A stretch of DNA of 64,000 nt from Zancudomyces culisetae HAW-14-8 (GCA_052426225.1 JBNJNM010000021.1:3038001-3102000); one strand, 5' to 3'. Counted from the stretch's first letter, positions 8,582-22,053 are shown. Made by a program: numbers and translations. Notes: generated by a model from the sequence alone, not told the origin.

Positions 8582-9022
8582 AAAAGGGGGAAAAATATTA
8601 AAAATGATATTAGTAATCTTCAGCAATTGGTAATTAGCTCAACCTTTGTACAAAATGTATCGGATAATAATGTACATAATCAAGATTTGCAAGAATTAAA
8701 TAAAAATAATATCTCATAATCAAGCTTCAATGATATGTACGACGAAGACAAACCCAGACGAAAGAGAAAAGTTAGAAACATGAAAATTAAACTATTTTGA
8801 GACTGGGGTTTCTCAATCCAAAAAGACACCCTTTTTGTTAAACCAAGCAAGTATTATACCCTATCTAGGTTTACATCTGTACGAACGGGTGACGTGCGAG
8901 ACAACAAAGGTGCCGTGATGTTTTACACAACGGCTAATTATACAGATATATGTTATGTAGAGCTTAGAGGTATAAATAGCCAAGTTTGTAATGTTTATGA
9001 ACATTTTGATCCAACCTTGTAA
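8582..9022 (+). pseudogene. Disrupted ORF with Asn-rich linker and C-terminal beta/gamma-crystallin-like domain
   Basis: One frame with internal TAA (8717) and TGA (8798): ...MKIKLF*DWGFSIQKDTLFVKPSKYYTLSRFTSVRTGDVRDNKGAVMFYTTANYTDICYVEL..., which resembles the Greek-key pattern KI.LF.D..F...SVR...G...FY...NY. Confidence 0.45.
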
Positions 9023-9729
9023 CATCTTACTCTTAGCTTAGTTCATGCTTTTAATTTTTAACTAGAATAAATAGAAATCTTTAGTTGATTATATAGCTAT
9101 TTAGTTATTAGATAAATATATAGTATAATTCAGTCAAATGTTCAATTGTCTGTTAAAAATCACATAATCTAGTACCGGTTTGACGCTGGTTGTGTACATT
9201 AGAATCTATCATTTGACTGAGTTAATTATACGCCAGTGAACATTGAACTATCAGATTATTTTTCTGCTTTTTACTTTATTATTATTCTAAAGTCATCTTT
9301 AAGCACATTTTTGTTTTTATTATGTTTTTGTTTTTGTTTTTGTTTTTGATGTTGATTTGGGTTTAAAATATATTTGTTAAGGGTGTAATTTCGTTTATAT
9401 TATCAATAAATTAACATATATTGAAGCTTTGCTCATAGTCTAAGTCGGATGGAACAGATTTTGCATATGGGTAGTCCATTTTTACTTTTTTCGATCTAGT
9501 TTCCGAATCGACCATTTTTATAGCATTTTTGTAGTTTTTATAGTTACTATTGGATTAACGATGTACTAATTAAATCATACCAAAGTATCGTCTTGTCAGT
9601 TAATTAACAAAATATATTATCAGAATATAACAGAAAATATTTAATTAAAATTGAATTATACAAAAATATATCAACATTATAGGTAGGGAGGTCGCGAAAC
9701 CAACTCCTAGCTAAGAAACGGCATAATTA

Positions 9730-11233
9730 TTACATCGCATTTATTGAACCATCAAAATTTATTTTGTACAATTTATCCCTCCAGCTTGCTGTGTTTCCAG
9801 AAATCCCAATAATCCAGACAGGTAGAGCCGATAACTCTCGTATAAAGTACGAAAGAATTAGCTGCATCGATAGTTTTGGAATCCCTCCTTCTGTTTGTTT
9901 ACGTTGTCTAAGAAACAACATAAAATCGCTTATAAACCATAATAGGAAATGCCAAATCAAAAACTGAGCCTTAGGAACCCCATACAAGCTATTTAAGGCT
10001 AGTGATGTCAACACTCCAACGACTACGCTTTCAGTAAATGGTTCTAATAATACAGCACCCGGAACGGTACATACTCTCACCCTAACCCAACGAATCCTTC
10101 GTTTGAAATATGATGAAAGAGACATACCCTTGACCGAAGTTAAAGCCAAGTTGTAGGTCATTCTGTGGGCTAATCCATCTCTCCACAATTTTTGTCCAAT
10201 CATGTTATCCTCTGCAATGTACTTTCCAAATGCAGCTATTCCACCGAACTTCTCTAGACTCGAGATTCGATAAAAATTCGATTTTCCGGTTAAACACGAG
10301 TCAAGTTTGAGAGAGTTTATTGCCAAATACATACGAGCATGCGTGGAGTTTAAAAAAGCAGTTTCAATGGCTCCTCCAATAGTGTTAGCGTCAACTGCCC
10401 ATATCAAATGGTGTACTACTCCAACGCTGCTATCATTTTCAAATATTTCTACAGCATTTTCCAAGGCATTCAAGTCACTCCTTGCGTTACTGTCACAAAC
10501 CCAAACCATATCGTATTTTGCGACGTCGAAAGCTGCTTTCATGTTGCTTACTTTGGGGTTCTCAAACATTTTTTCTCCGGCTATCAATTTAGTAAATTTT
10601 GTTTGAATGAGTTTTTTTCTATGAACTGCTCAACGCATCCACTCGCAAAGCTGAGGGGGCTGAACGAACAAGATAAACGATAATAGTGAATAAAATATAC
10701 CTATAACCACTCTCCAATCTGCATTTGGATATCCCTGTTCCAGTTTCTTTATTATGTCCCATGGGATGTCCTCTTTTCTCTCTGCTGCCAATATAATCTC
10801 TTTTTGTTGATATGTCTGATCAAAACTACACATTAAATTCTCGAGCAAACCTTCTTCCATTCCACATATAGGTCTTACGATAGTTACACCATCTATAATA
10901 CATTCCTTTCGTTTTCTTAGCCTATCAAAATCCATCTGCTTTGCATACCTCTTCCGTCTAAATGTAACAAATTGCACAATTTCTTTTAATTACAAAATAA
11001 AGTTTGAAATAAGCTTTAAATAAACACCTTTTCTTATCAAGTACATGCCAACATTTTAGTAAATGACATCCGGTGAGTAGAATTACTGTACAATCTTGAG
11101 TAAATTAATAATTATCTTACATGGAGAGATGCCCCAATATATGAAAAATCATACACACAAGCCAATCGCCGATAATTGCATATTGTAGTGCCAGTAGCCC
11201 CACTGCAAGGTTTCCCTCAAAGCCCATAGTCAT
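9730..11233 (-). CDS. HSX11: Ceramide glucosyltransferase (glucosylceramide synthase, GT21), 3 exons (11233-11121, 10957-10701, 10580-9730)
   Basis: N-terminal TM; VTIVRPICG, NPKVSNM, VCDSN, IAEDN and RRIRW motifs; GT-AG introns keep frame. Confidence 0.93.
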
Positions 11234-13212
11234 TTTTTTCCCATTTACTAAGCTAGCAGAAGTTTAAATCCCTCTTGCTTTTATTTTTTTTATTTCTGTT
11301 TTGTAAAAAAGTTTATAAGAACACGAAAACTGGCATTAGAATTATGACGTTAAATATATCTATAATGTGACTTTAGCTGAAAAGATCTGACCCTCTAGTT
11401 ACCTTAATTTTTTTTTTTCTTTTTTCTTTTTGTTTGGCAAGAGATAAATAATTGAGTTTTTTTATTCCAATAAAAATTGGGCAACTATTTCTTTGACCCA
11501 AATTTATTAGTAATTACTGGAGGGTATTCGGCGAATTATGTACCACCATAAAACTATTTTTTAGGCGATGTCTGAATACCCACAGCGTGTGTATTTGTAT
11601 ACTAATGTAGTAATTAGTACAAATTACGTTTAAATGAGTATTTAACCAGCCAAGCATTTTTGAAGGATGGGGATTTTTATTTGTGTTTATTATTAAAGTA
11701 TTTTTTCCCAATAAACACTAGATAAATATTGGAAATAAATAACCAAACCAGAATTAGGATTCGAAACCATAGGTTTTATTTGTACTTCATTGTGAATTTG
11801 GAGCGGAGTAACATGACAAAGTAAATGGTGATTAGGGAATACTCTCACTGGACAATAATTTACTGAAATGTTCACAGCAAATCTGGTGTTTCCGGGTTTC
11901 GCACTCTTTTTCTTTTTGGAAAGAGGTGGCACTGTAAAATTATGCTTTGAGAACCCACACCTAACGCTATAAAGCAGTCATATTCAAGAAACACAAGTCC
12001 ACTATAGCAAATGTTTGTCGTACCTGAACTAGAGTATTTGAAATCCAGATATGCACAGTATATTTTTGGCGCTGGATTACCCAAGCCAGTGTCCGTTGTA
12101 AAAATTGACTTAATAAATTACTTTTATGAATGATAGGCAATTATTCAATAGATTAAAATAGTAATGAACCCTGGCCCTAGTAAACTCGAGTTCATTTTAA
12201 GAGAGATTAAAAACCGTATTTCAATGGCTTTTCACCTTTTAATTATGTGCCCCAGATTAAAATTCAGTGCAAATAGATTCGTGCTTCATTAAAATAGACT
12301 TTTACATCAAAATATTTACAAAGTTAGTAAATGGCATCTCATCTGATGTATATTTGTGTAAAAAGTTAATAAACATCGTAATGGATCCAACAGACAAGGG
12401 CGGTGTACATTGGAGATCAGTATCGAGACTCTACGGATTTCGTATATGGCCCCATTAACTGGTTGAACCTATAACAATATCATTCTCCTCTGTAGAGTGA
12501 ACACTGTATACTTTAATACTTTGTATCCTGTCAAAACTCACCATTTTAACTAAACCTCGATATTCAGCCTGGAGCGAGGAAGATAGAAAGGCACATATTA
12601 AAATCATAAGTATTACAAAGCTACTCAGCATTTCATTGCTTAAATGTAGGCAAATGAGTGGGGATGAGCATGTAAAAACATACCATAGATACTAAACTGA
12701 TCTTGCACTGAGATCAAAACTCGACTGGATTACCAATAATTGCAATTTCTTGTGTACTCCAGCTTGTATTGTTTTTTTTTGCAGTCCTTTAAATGTTTTT
12801 ATCCAGACTATTTCAGATTTTGTGTAATATCCTTTTCAGTCCATACTTACTTAAAAACGGTGGAAAAAACAAACAAAAATACGATGGCTATTGGCCAAGT
12901 CTGTTTACAGAAAATAATCTAATATTTCCCTTTAGCAAGAGTTTAAACATCAAGTTAGAAAAGAAAAAGAGTTCTGATTTAAAAAGCGAAATGTGCTAAT
13001 CTGGATTCTTAAAGTAGAAAAAAAGGATACTGCATAGCCGAATATTCACAAATATTATTTTCTATAACTGCCGCTTATACATTTGTGCATGTTCAGATAC
13101 AGGATATTCAAGCTAGACAATATTAATCAAATAAGGTTTTAACGATTGATATATAAAATATCAGAAGCAAAAACAGTGTTTATAAATAGTTTTCTAGCCC
13201 AATGTTATAAAA

Positions 13213-16105
13213 ATGGCAGCGCAAATGGATCAGGTCGAGATGGCTACAGGTATACTTGCTTTCATTAATTATTTCAGAATTGCCATTATTATATATTTAA
13301 TTTAGAGCTTTACTCAGAAATTAGATATATATAGTTCGACTAGCTCTAAAAACGTCAATTCTTGATGATTTATAGTAATAGATGAAAACTCTAAACCAGA
13401 GGTAAACGTTACAGATATTGATGCAAAAACACAAAATACAAGCACATCGAAAAGCGAGGGACAAAAATACAAGGCAATTTCAGTGAAAGGAAAAAGGATA
13501 ATATTTGTCGAGAAAAGCTTAGAGTTATACTCGCACCCATGTACCATATCAGGTAACAACGAATCATTGATGTCGTCATATGAGTAAAACAACATATTAA
13601 TTTGTAATTCGCAATACAACTAGGCTTATATAAGTTTCACACTTTTGTAAAGACAAAGCTAAAGCAGAATGACGAATGTGTGGCGAATACTGGAGATGAG
13701 AAAGAAAAGCAAGGGATAAGCCTGAGAGATTGTGATATGGCACTAGTATGTAACTTGGTTCAGGATTCAAGGCTAACTTTAGACGAGTTGTGTGCAAAAA
13801 TCACTAAGCATTTATTTCCAAGAGGATTGTTTTACAACGAGGAGGGGAAAATGAGTGAAGGTATGTTTTGATTTTAAAAAGCACAAAAACAAAAGCACTA
13901 TTTACTGGAAGCCGTGATGTTGAATAGCCACCTTTGACTGATTTTGTTTAATCAAACATTTATTGTAATCCCTGATCGCGAAATAGTAAAAGTTGAGATG
14001 GATAATATTAAAGAAAATATACTGAAAGTTGCCGAGCGAATAAACTATGGCATCGAGGATAATTTGGATTCAGAAGCTGATGGAACAGCACCTCATGAAT
14101 TTGTGGTATGGCTAATTGGCGAATATACATTATAGATTTTAGTATTAAAGTACCATGTAAGGAGTATTTGACAATATTTATTGATACACTGAATTATAGA
14201 ACCCAGACATTTGGAGATGGGAGGTAAAGGACCTGGGAATGTTTTCCAAGGATATACAACACGATCTATTAGAGCGAAGAAAGAAAAGGAATCAGGTAAA
14301 TAAAATGCTATTACTCTTCCGTACTCTAAGAATCTTACTTGATATAATTGACAAGGTAAATCGGACGAATTACACGTAATAATATATACATACATTTAAT
14401 ATCTTGATTTTAGGCTAAGGAGGATTGTAGATTGTTAGTAGGAAGAAGTGAGGTAAAGCAACAGCGTGTGGATGGAGAAACGTTGGAGATTCAGGAGAAA
14501 AAATCAAGCGAGCTAGAAAAAACAGAAGAGAGGATGGATGATGCTATTGAGCAGAGTATTGAACAGAGCATTGAGCACGATTCAACTGGTCAAGGGAAGC
14601 GGCAGACACTTTTGAACGTGTTTTTTGGTAGCCGAGCACTAAAAGGCAATAGAGGGGGTGAAGTAACACTTGGAAAACCAGTGGAGCGGTTTAGAGACTT
14701 TTTTATCAAACCGAATGTTGTTATGGGAAATGGTTCTAAGTTTTTATCGGAAGAAAAAAAGAAACAAATAGTAAATAGAATGGATTTGGAGTTGAACCAG
14801 CCGACTGAGCTGACCAACGAGCAAATAATATATGAGCTCAAACAAATTGGACGACTTGCAAGGCAAAGAATCCGCCAAACCCTGCAGGAAAACTATAGGC
14901 AAAGGGTCGACGAGATGGAACTGGGCCAGGAACTGGGACCCGTAGCTATTGGGGATATCAAAATATTGGGAGACACTGGTTCGGCCCGGCCCTTCTATAT
15001 GGGTCCATGGGACAAAAGCGCTAAAGTTGTTAATGGGCGAAGACCGTTTGTAAAAGAGACAAGCGGCGAGGTAGATTATGATGTTGATAGTTCGGTTGAG
15101 TGGGAAATGAACGCGGCTCTGGAGGATGCTGAAGGCGAAGACTTGGTCAGTGAAGAAGGTAGCGAAGAGGAGGAGGAGGAGGAAGAAGAAGGGGGGGATA
15201 ATGACAACAGTGAGACTGAGGAGATGGATGGATGGTTAGTCGATGAGAATGTAGTTGTAAGGGAGGCTGAAAACAACACGAGCGACTCTGACGAAGACGA
15301 CTCTGATTTTGATATCAACAAACCTATAGTTCCAGAAGAGTTGAGTGATGTTGAAAGCGGTTACGGTAGTGATTTCGATATGGATATTGACCAAAATGAA
15401 GAAACGATTGACGAAAAACTTATACGCGATCTCAAACAAGCCAAAACCTTCCGCAATGACGGTAGCGACAAGTATGTGATTAAGCCAAGAAGGAAGCATC
15501 CCAAAACAGTACCTGTAACCAGAAAGAAGCTTGTTCACCTAACCACAACAGTCATTGGGCCCGTATTTGACAATTCTAACGACTTTCTTAATGATTTTGC
15601 TGTTGTTCAATTTCCAAAATTCAGACCAGCTGCACCACAAAAAGTTCCTGATGTTCCTGTAAATACCACTAACCCTGTTCCTGTGAAGAAAGAGCCACCG
15701 CCAAAATTCGAGTTCAATAAAAATGCCAAAAGGAGGATTTCTGCGATTGTTAGCGGGAGTGACTTGAGTTTAAAAATTCTAGTAGAAAAAATTAAACAGG
15801 CGTATCCAATGGCATCAAAAATACAGATTCAGGCGTATATCCAATCCAATTACCAGAAATTCAAAAAGAATGCTAGCAATAAGCCGAGGTGGCATAATTC
15901 AAAGATCTATAATCAAGCTTCCGCCAAACAAAACAGTAGTATTGGAGAAAATGATAGCAACAAAAAAAGAAAATCCAGCGCTTTATTGGACGATTCGGGG
16001 CCACGAAATACAGTTCCAATCATCCCTATTTGCGTGAAAAAGGACAATGGTGGTGAAAACAAGAACACAAAGAGCTCCCTGTATAGTTATTTTTCCAAGT
16101 CCTGA
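13213..16105 (+). CDS. RLF2: Chromatin assembly factor 1 large subunit (Cac1/Rlf2/CHAF1A), multi-exon
   Basis: RPFYMG.W.K...GRRPF.K...DYDVDSSVEWE...EGEDL, acidic ED tract, DGWLVDE and a C-terminal winged-helix-like region. Upstream exons start at ATG 13213. Confidence 0.85.
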
Positions 16106-17009
16106 TCCTGATAATGGCAATGGTAAGAGGATGTGATTTGATGGTTTAATATGGCTTTATTTGCAGTTTCTTGCTCCACCCCTCATACCATTCCATCACA
16201 TATCACATATCATTCTACTCTGCCACATTACACCACACCACACCACACCACACCCTACCATACTCTCCCTTTATTTTTTTAAAAAAAGAAATTATGTTAA
16301 CATTTAATATATTTTCAACTGTATTTTTATGTACATCTAATGTTCATTTAGAATACACACAGGCAATAAACTCAAAAGATACAAAAGCATTTTAGCATTT
16401 AGAGGCTGAACATTTATTTACTAGATCTGTCATAATAGTTCTAGTAGAGTTTAGAGAATAATGTTTTAAAGCGAATCAAAGTGATGGAGTCAAATGAAGT
16501 TATTATGGTGCTTTATCGCACAACATTCACTAGTTAAGTATTCGTAATTCTCCGTCAATTAATACCGTTTGCAGATTTTAGAGGGCTGAAAAACACATGA
16601 CAATTATATAATACTTGTGTGTGACGTTTATTCCTTTTTTTATAATAATAACACTATTCGTGTATATGTTTACTTGATTCTTGCTAATTATCGAACCATC
16701 AAGTTGTGAGAGTTACAGGTAATAAAAATAAAATAAAATAAACAAATTTTCAACAAACCCAGCTAGGAATCATAAAAACGGATAAGTATATTAATCCGCT
16801 TTTTACAAACTCTAAGATTTTAAAGATCTTATCCATTTAATCCTAGCTTTTGATTCTGAACAGTAATCGAGCCCTAGGAATTGATTCTGTTGGAGTGAAA
16901 TTAGCAACCACACTTGGTAGACTCCAGCGTTTAAATAAAGAATAAAGGACTAGTTAAAGGTAAAGGAGGGTAAAAAAGGAAAACTAAACAAAGGGTAAAA
17001 ATAACCAAA

Positions 17010-19154
17010 ATGAGTCAAACACCTGCCACGTATTCCGATAAAGTCTTTCACACACAGGCGCTAATACTATTGATTAGTGTGATTGTGTATTTTATGTTTT
17101 TCTACGCGAAAAAATCAAAACCAGATGCTCATCGACTATTGATCAAGGAACAGTCAGAAGTATCGATGGCTGGAAGCAATGAAAACGAAACGATGGTGTA
17201 TCGCTCCAGACTTACAGGAATGCGGTCGCCTCTACTGTTGAGTTTGGATGAAAGAATATTTACTCTAAAAGACGTGCTGTACCAGAAATTGTGGAAGGTC
17301 GTGGACAAATCTGAATTGCATTTCATCAAATCAACAGGTATTGAGAGACTACGAAAAGATAACAGAAACAATTCAATTTCTCTCGAGAAGTTTATGGAAC
17401 GAGCAAGGAACTTTGGAGCGGGTTTGCGGAAAGAATTGGAAGGAGGGAAAACAGAAAAGGAGAAGGAGAAGGATGAAAAAAATAAAAGAATAGTTGTTGC
17501 AATCCTGTTGGAGCCAAGAATTGAATGGGTAATATCATATGTTGGCAGTATTGAGGAAAACATTATACTCGTACCATTACAACAAACGGATAATATCGAA
17601 CGAATCAATCAAGTGTTGAAAAACAGTGGAGCAAGTGCAGTTATTACAAACGAAAAATGGGCAGAAAAGCTTAAAAAGGGGTCTAAGAACATCAAAAGGA
17701 TAGTAGTTACTTCAAAAGGCGACAAGAAACAAGATGGAGGAGCGCTTTTATTTGAAAAGATTGAAGAGAAAGGAGCGAATGTGAAGGAAAAGGGAAGAGA
17801 AGTTGACCCACAGGACGTATCATACATCCTTTACAACAAAGACGGAACCGATGGAACAAGCATAACGCATAGCAATGCGGTATCCGTGTTCTGTTCGTAT
17901 ATAACAATGATTCCAAATGAAAAAGCAGTAACTGAGAAGGACAGGATTATGATAGTGGAGAGTATGGCAGATGCTACAGCCATCAACCTGATCAATGTGG
18001 CACTGTATATAGGTTGTGGGCTCATCTTGGTGGATTCGGATGATGGTGAAAAGCTGATTTCACAAATGGAAGAGCTCAAACCGACCATAGCCTATTTTCC
18101 ACAAGCAATCATAAGGGACTTGTCCAGTTTGATGGAGAGTTTCATCGAACAGCTTCCCAGAATGGAGTTGTTTGCGTTTAAAAGAGGTATGAACTTTGTT
18201 CGAAGCTGTATCAAAGACGGATATATTCCTGGATTTTCCTTTTGGGATTTATGCTTTTTTATGCACTATCGTATCCTAATTGGGGGGAAACTGAGGCTAG
18301 TTTATACTGTTGGAAACGGACAAAGCGAAGTTGTCAAAAAAATTATAGAAATATTTGGCTGTCAGGTCTTTAGCACAGACGGACCCAACACTTGTTGTGG
18401 TGCTGTTGCTTGTGGTCTCTACGGAGATTACCAACAGCATAAATACCCAAGTGTTGGCCCTCCTCTTCCATGTTGCGAGATCAAACTGGTTGACTACCCC
18501 CCTCACTTTGCAACATCGGATTCTCCCAATCCTCAAGGTTTGTTGGTAGTTCGTGGCGCCAACGTTTCTCAGTTTAAATGGAACTCCTCATATGCACTTG
18601 ACTCATCAATGGAATATCAGCCTGATTTTTCTATTTCAGAAACGGAAGGCTGGGTTCAAACAAATTTGTTGGCGAGCTTTCAGCCAAACAGAACGTTAAC
18701 CGTGTTAGGGTCTACAGATTCATTGTCTTATGATTTTATTCCAGTTACTCAAAACAATGGCAAAACTATGGTTTCCTTGTCTTTGCTTGAAGGTATATGC
18801 TTCCAAACAAAATTGATTTCAGATATAATTTTGTCATATAACCCAACCACCAACTCTGTAAAAGCAACTATCTACCCGCGCTCTTATGCTTTGTTACAAC
18901 TGTCAAAGAACGCAAAAAAGCCATTTAGTTTTGCCCAGGTTTCCGAAAATGCCTTTTGTAAAACAATTGTTTATAACGAGTTGTGGCGAGTGTTAATCTC
19001 TAATGGGATTGATTATTTTGATTTCAAACTTTCCGGTGACTCTACTAAACAATCAGAAAGTCGCATTCCCTTTAATGTTGTGTTGACTAATGAGCGATTT
19101 ACTAGATCAAGTGGTCATTATAGTCCAGATGGTTCTCCAAATAGACTAATTTAA
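17010..19154 (+). CDS. Membrane-anchored long-chain acyl-CoA synthetase-like (AMP-binding fold) protein with degenerate catalytic motifs
   Basis: N-terminal TM; LKPT, LIGGKLRLVYT, VGPPLPCCEIKLVD and GLLVVRGANV match ACSL, but the P-loop, YG.TE and TGD motifs are degenerate. Confidence 0.8.
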   Translation: MSQTPATYSDKVFHTQALILLISVIVYFMFFYAKKSKPDAHRLLIKEQSEVSMAGSNENETMVYRSRLTGMRSPLLLSLDERIFTLKDVLYQKLWKVVDKSELHFIKSTGIERLRKDNRNNSISLEKFMERARNFGAGLRKELEGGKTEKEKEKDEKNKRIVVAILLEPRIEWVISYVGSIEENIILVPLQQTDNIERINQVLKNSGASAVITNEKWAEKLKKGSKNIKRIVVTSKGDKKQDGGALLFEKIEEKGANVKEKGREVDPQDVSYILYNKDGTDGTSITHSNAVSVFCSYITMIPNEKAVTEKDRIMIVESMADATAINLINVALYIGCGLILVDSDDGEKLISQMEELKPTIAYFPQAIIRDLSSLMESFIEQLPRMELFAFKRGMNFVRSCIKDGYIPGFSFWDLCFFMHYRILIGGKLRLVYTVGNGQSEVVKKIIEIFGCQVFSTDGPNTCCGAVACGLYGDYQQHKYPSVGPPLPCCEIKLVDYPPHFATSDSPNPQGLLVVRGANVSQFKWNSSYALDSSMEYQPDFSISETEGWVQTNLLASFQPNRTLTVLGSTDSLSYDFIPVTQNNGKTMVSLSLLEGICFQTKLISDIILSYNPTTNSVKATIYPRSYALLQLSKNAKKPFSFAQVSENAFCKTIVYNELWRVLISNGIDYFDFKLSGDSTKQSESRIPFNVVLTNERFTRSSGHYSPDGSPNRLI

Positions 19155-20285
19155 ATAATGATAGTTCTTTTTCCTCCATGTGTTGCCTCTCATGTCCATT
19201 TTTATTGTTACAAAGGTCGGATATTTCCCTTTTACTTTCTCTACTTACATTCCTTTTTTTCATACTTTAACTGCTCTTTTGTCATTTTTCATAGACATTT
19301 TTAAAATATTAAATCATATGCCTTTGGAAATAAGCAAATACATAAATTATTTTAAAAGATGCTTTAACAATCTTGTCTATTGAGATAATGTTTTATTTGC
19401 TTGGCCGGACTTTACCGTAAGCACTAACAATGTTTAAATAACAATATTAGAACATATAGCGCGTATGAACAATTCAAAATTTAATATATGTAAAATAAAA
19501 GACCCAAAGTTCTAGTGCTTTTGGTTCTATTATTTGCATTTCCGCTTTAAAACCATTGTTTGAACTAAAAAATCTAAAAATCTAATGCAAAAAATATAAG
19601 GTTAAAAAAAAAACAGTCCTTGGAAAAAAATATTACAATTGTTGTTTACAACACACCACCCACTCATGATAAGAGTTTCGCCCGATGGTCTTTGGGAAGA
19701 TGGGGATTCCAATTAAAAAATTTTCCCGATGTATTGTTACTGGTTGATAAGTTTACGAGTTTAGAACATCATTCATCATCATCACTAAATAAATTACAAT
19801 CCAAAAAAACTCCTGAACTCGGCAAAAAAAAACAACACTTTTTTGAGGGAAAAAAGCAAGAGACCAGGTATAAACAAAGTTATTGCACTGGGCCTTTATC
19901 GGTGTATATTTAGGAACTATATTTCTTTAAAAAAAAACATTATTAACTAGAGTAAATATATAATAAGCCTGGAAACACCAACTAGCATACTGCTCTGCAA
20001 ATTGATCTAAGTTGGTTTAGTATTTAATCGATCTTTATTTCGTAGGAGGTACGCAATAACACAGTGTGTTCAAAAAAACGCGAATCCCATTTATGAGTTA
20101 GTACAATCGCTGAAAGTGCAATAATATAATCCCCAGGGATAATTCAACCATAAATACAGCCAACGCTCGAAAAAAATAAGCGAAGAAAATAGCAGGAATA
20201 CGAGCAAGGAAATTCGAGGCAGAATAAACGTATAGAAGGTATTCTTCCTTGACCAGCTAGAGTTGTTGAATCTATAAAAGCTAGA

Positions 20286-22053
20286 ATGGTAGACTTTGGG
20301 AATCTATCTCATTTTTGCGAACACCTTTTTCAGGGAAAGTACAGGTAAGACTTTTGTTTGTTCTTTTATATTCTAGTAGTATTAATTATGAATTCTGAGT
20401 TTACTATGTCATTACAAACCTATACCCACAGAAAAAAAACAGATATTAAACTCTGGAAAAAAAAAAATTAGGTCGATTGTTAGATTTTTTGTGCGAGAGT
20501 ACCTGCTACTGTTACTGATATTGCTACTGATTCTTTGGAGTTTTAGCTTAAAAGAAATTTACAGCGTTTGGGGCACAGGCGAAGGCACAAAAGCTCCAAT
20601 ATTATTAACTACGAGACTTCTTTTTTTGGTGATTGTAATTATCCGAGTGTTAATAGCAGTGGTAAAACAAAATATAAGAAAAAGATGCATTCCATACAGC
20701 AGCAAAAAAAAACGTATTAGCGTTATCGATGTGGAATGGGAATTAAAAAACTCAACTAGCGAGAGTATCGTAGAGAGTTTAGGGAAAGAAGTGTATATAG
20801 ATAAGAAGGGAGATGGTTCGGTAGTTTTAGGGGGCACCTACTATTCTGAGTACTTTCTTTGCCCAGATAAGGTGTTTAACGTGTCAAGCGGGCATTTACA
20901 AGCGGGACCGTCGTACTACTATATTCTTATGCACGGCCAAGGACTAATGAATCAGTACGAACGTTTGTTTACGTACTATGTGTCAAATGTAGATTTGGCA
21001 GAAAGTATAAACTCGTGTTATTCATATATAAACCAGTTTGTAGTACATACTCTAGAACACACAGGGAGTAAAGATCGTGTAGGTGGGATAGTGCTACGCA
21101 ATACTCGGGGCTTTATCGACTCAATAATTTGCATGTTGGTGCAAATACGATATTTTGGAGTTAAAACTACAGGAATTCGCGCGATGTACAATTCAGTAAT
21201 GACTATAGCTTCTTTGCCCATAGAGAAAAATTTTTTCAGGTCTCTTTACCAGGTTTTGTATCTTGTCGGTATTATCGGAGACAATTACATTCCTAAGTAT
21301 CTAGAGGCGGAAATTCATAGGCGATTGTACATTCCAGATAGGCGAAAACCATACGATATTATCCAGTTTATTGTAGAAAACACAGGACTTTTTGACTTGG
21401 GAAGGATAAGGGTCATATCGTACATTCTCGTTATGATCCTAAGGATTGCCGTAGGTGTGACGGCTAGGCGTTTTAACGTTGTCTTTGTAACTATTGCCTC
21501 GATTCCGTACATTTATAATGAGCTACTCTTAGAACAAATCTCTATTGTCAAGAAATTTGGTCCAAAACTAAAATTCGAACACCTTAGCGAAATGAAGGTT
21601 TTAGACAGCGTAATACTCGAGTCACTTAGGCTTAATGTTTCAAGTACGATGTTTCCACGCTATACTAAATCCGAATACATTTCTTCGAGTGGAACTTGCA
21701 TTCCAAAAGATGTATATGTAGGCATCAATGTCATTACTCATAACAAAAACCCAAAGATATTTGGAAAAAATGCAAGTTTTTTTGATCACAAAAGGTTTTT
21801 GAAAGACAACTGTAGCTTTGGTGATGTATCAACCAAAAATCTTAACTGGGGTGTTGGTCCTAGAATGTGTTTGGCTAAAGATTACGCCGTTGCTATATGC
21901 AAAATGCTTTTTGCCATACTAATCCGAAACTATAAATTTTCCACTATGACGAAACCAATCGACATAAATGCACCGTTTCCAAGAAATCTGAAGACCCGAT
22001 CACCCTTGGTCTACTTCACTCCACATCCTCCTAATACATTTCCTTCTTCTTAA
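20286..22053 (+). CDS. Cytochrome P450 (divergent), 2 exons (20286-20344, 20472-22053)
   Basis: ExxR (ESLR), meander FDHKRF and heme motif WGVGPRMCLA. An upstream ATG exon splices in frame into the track ORF. Confidence 0.88.
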
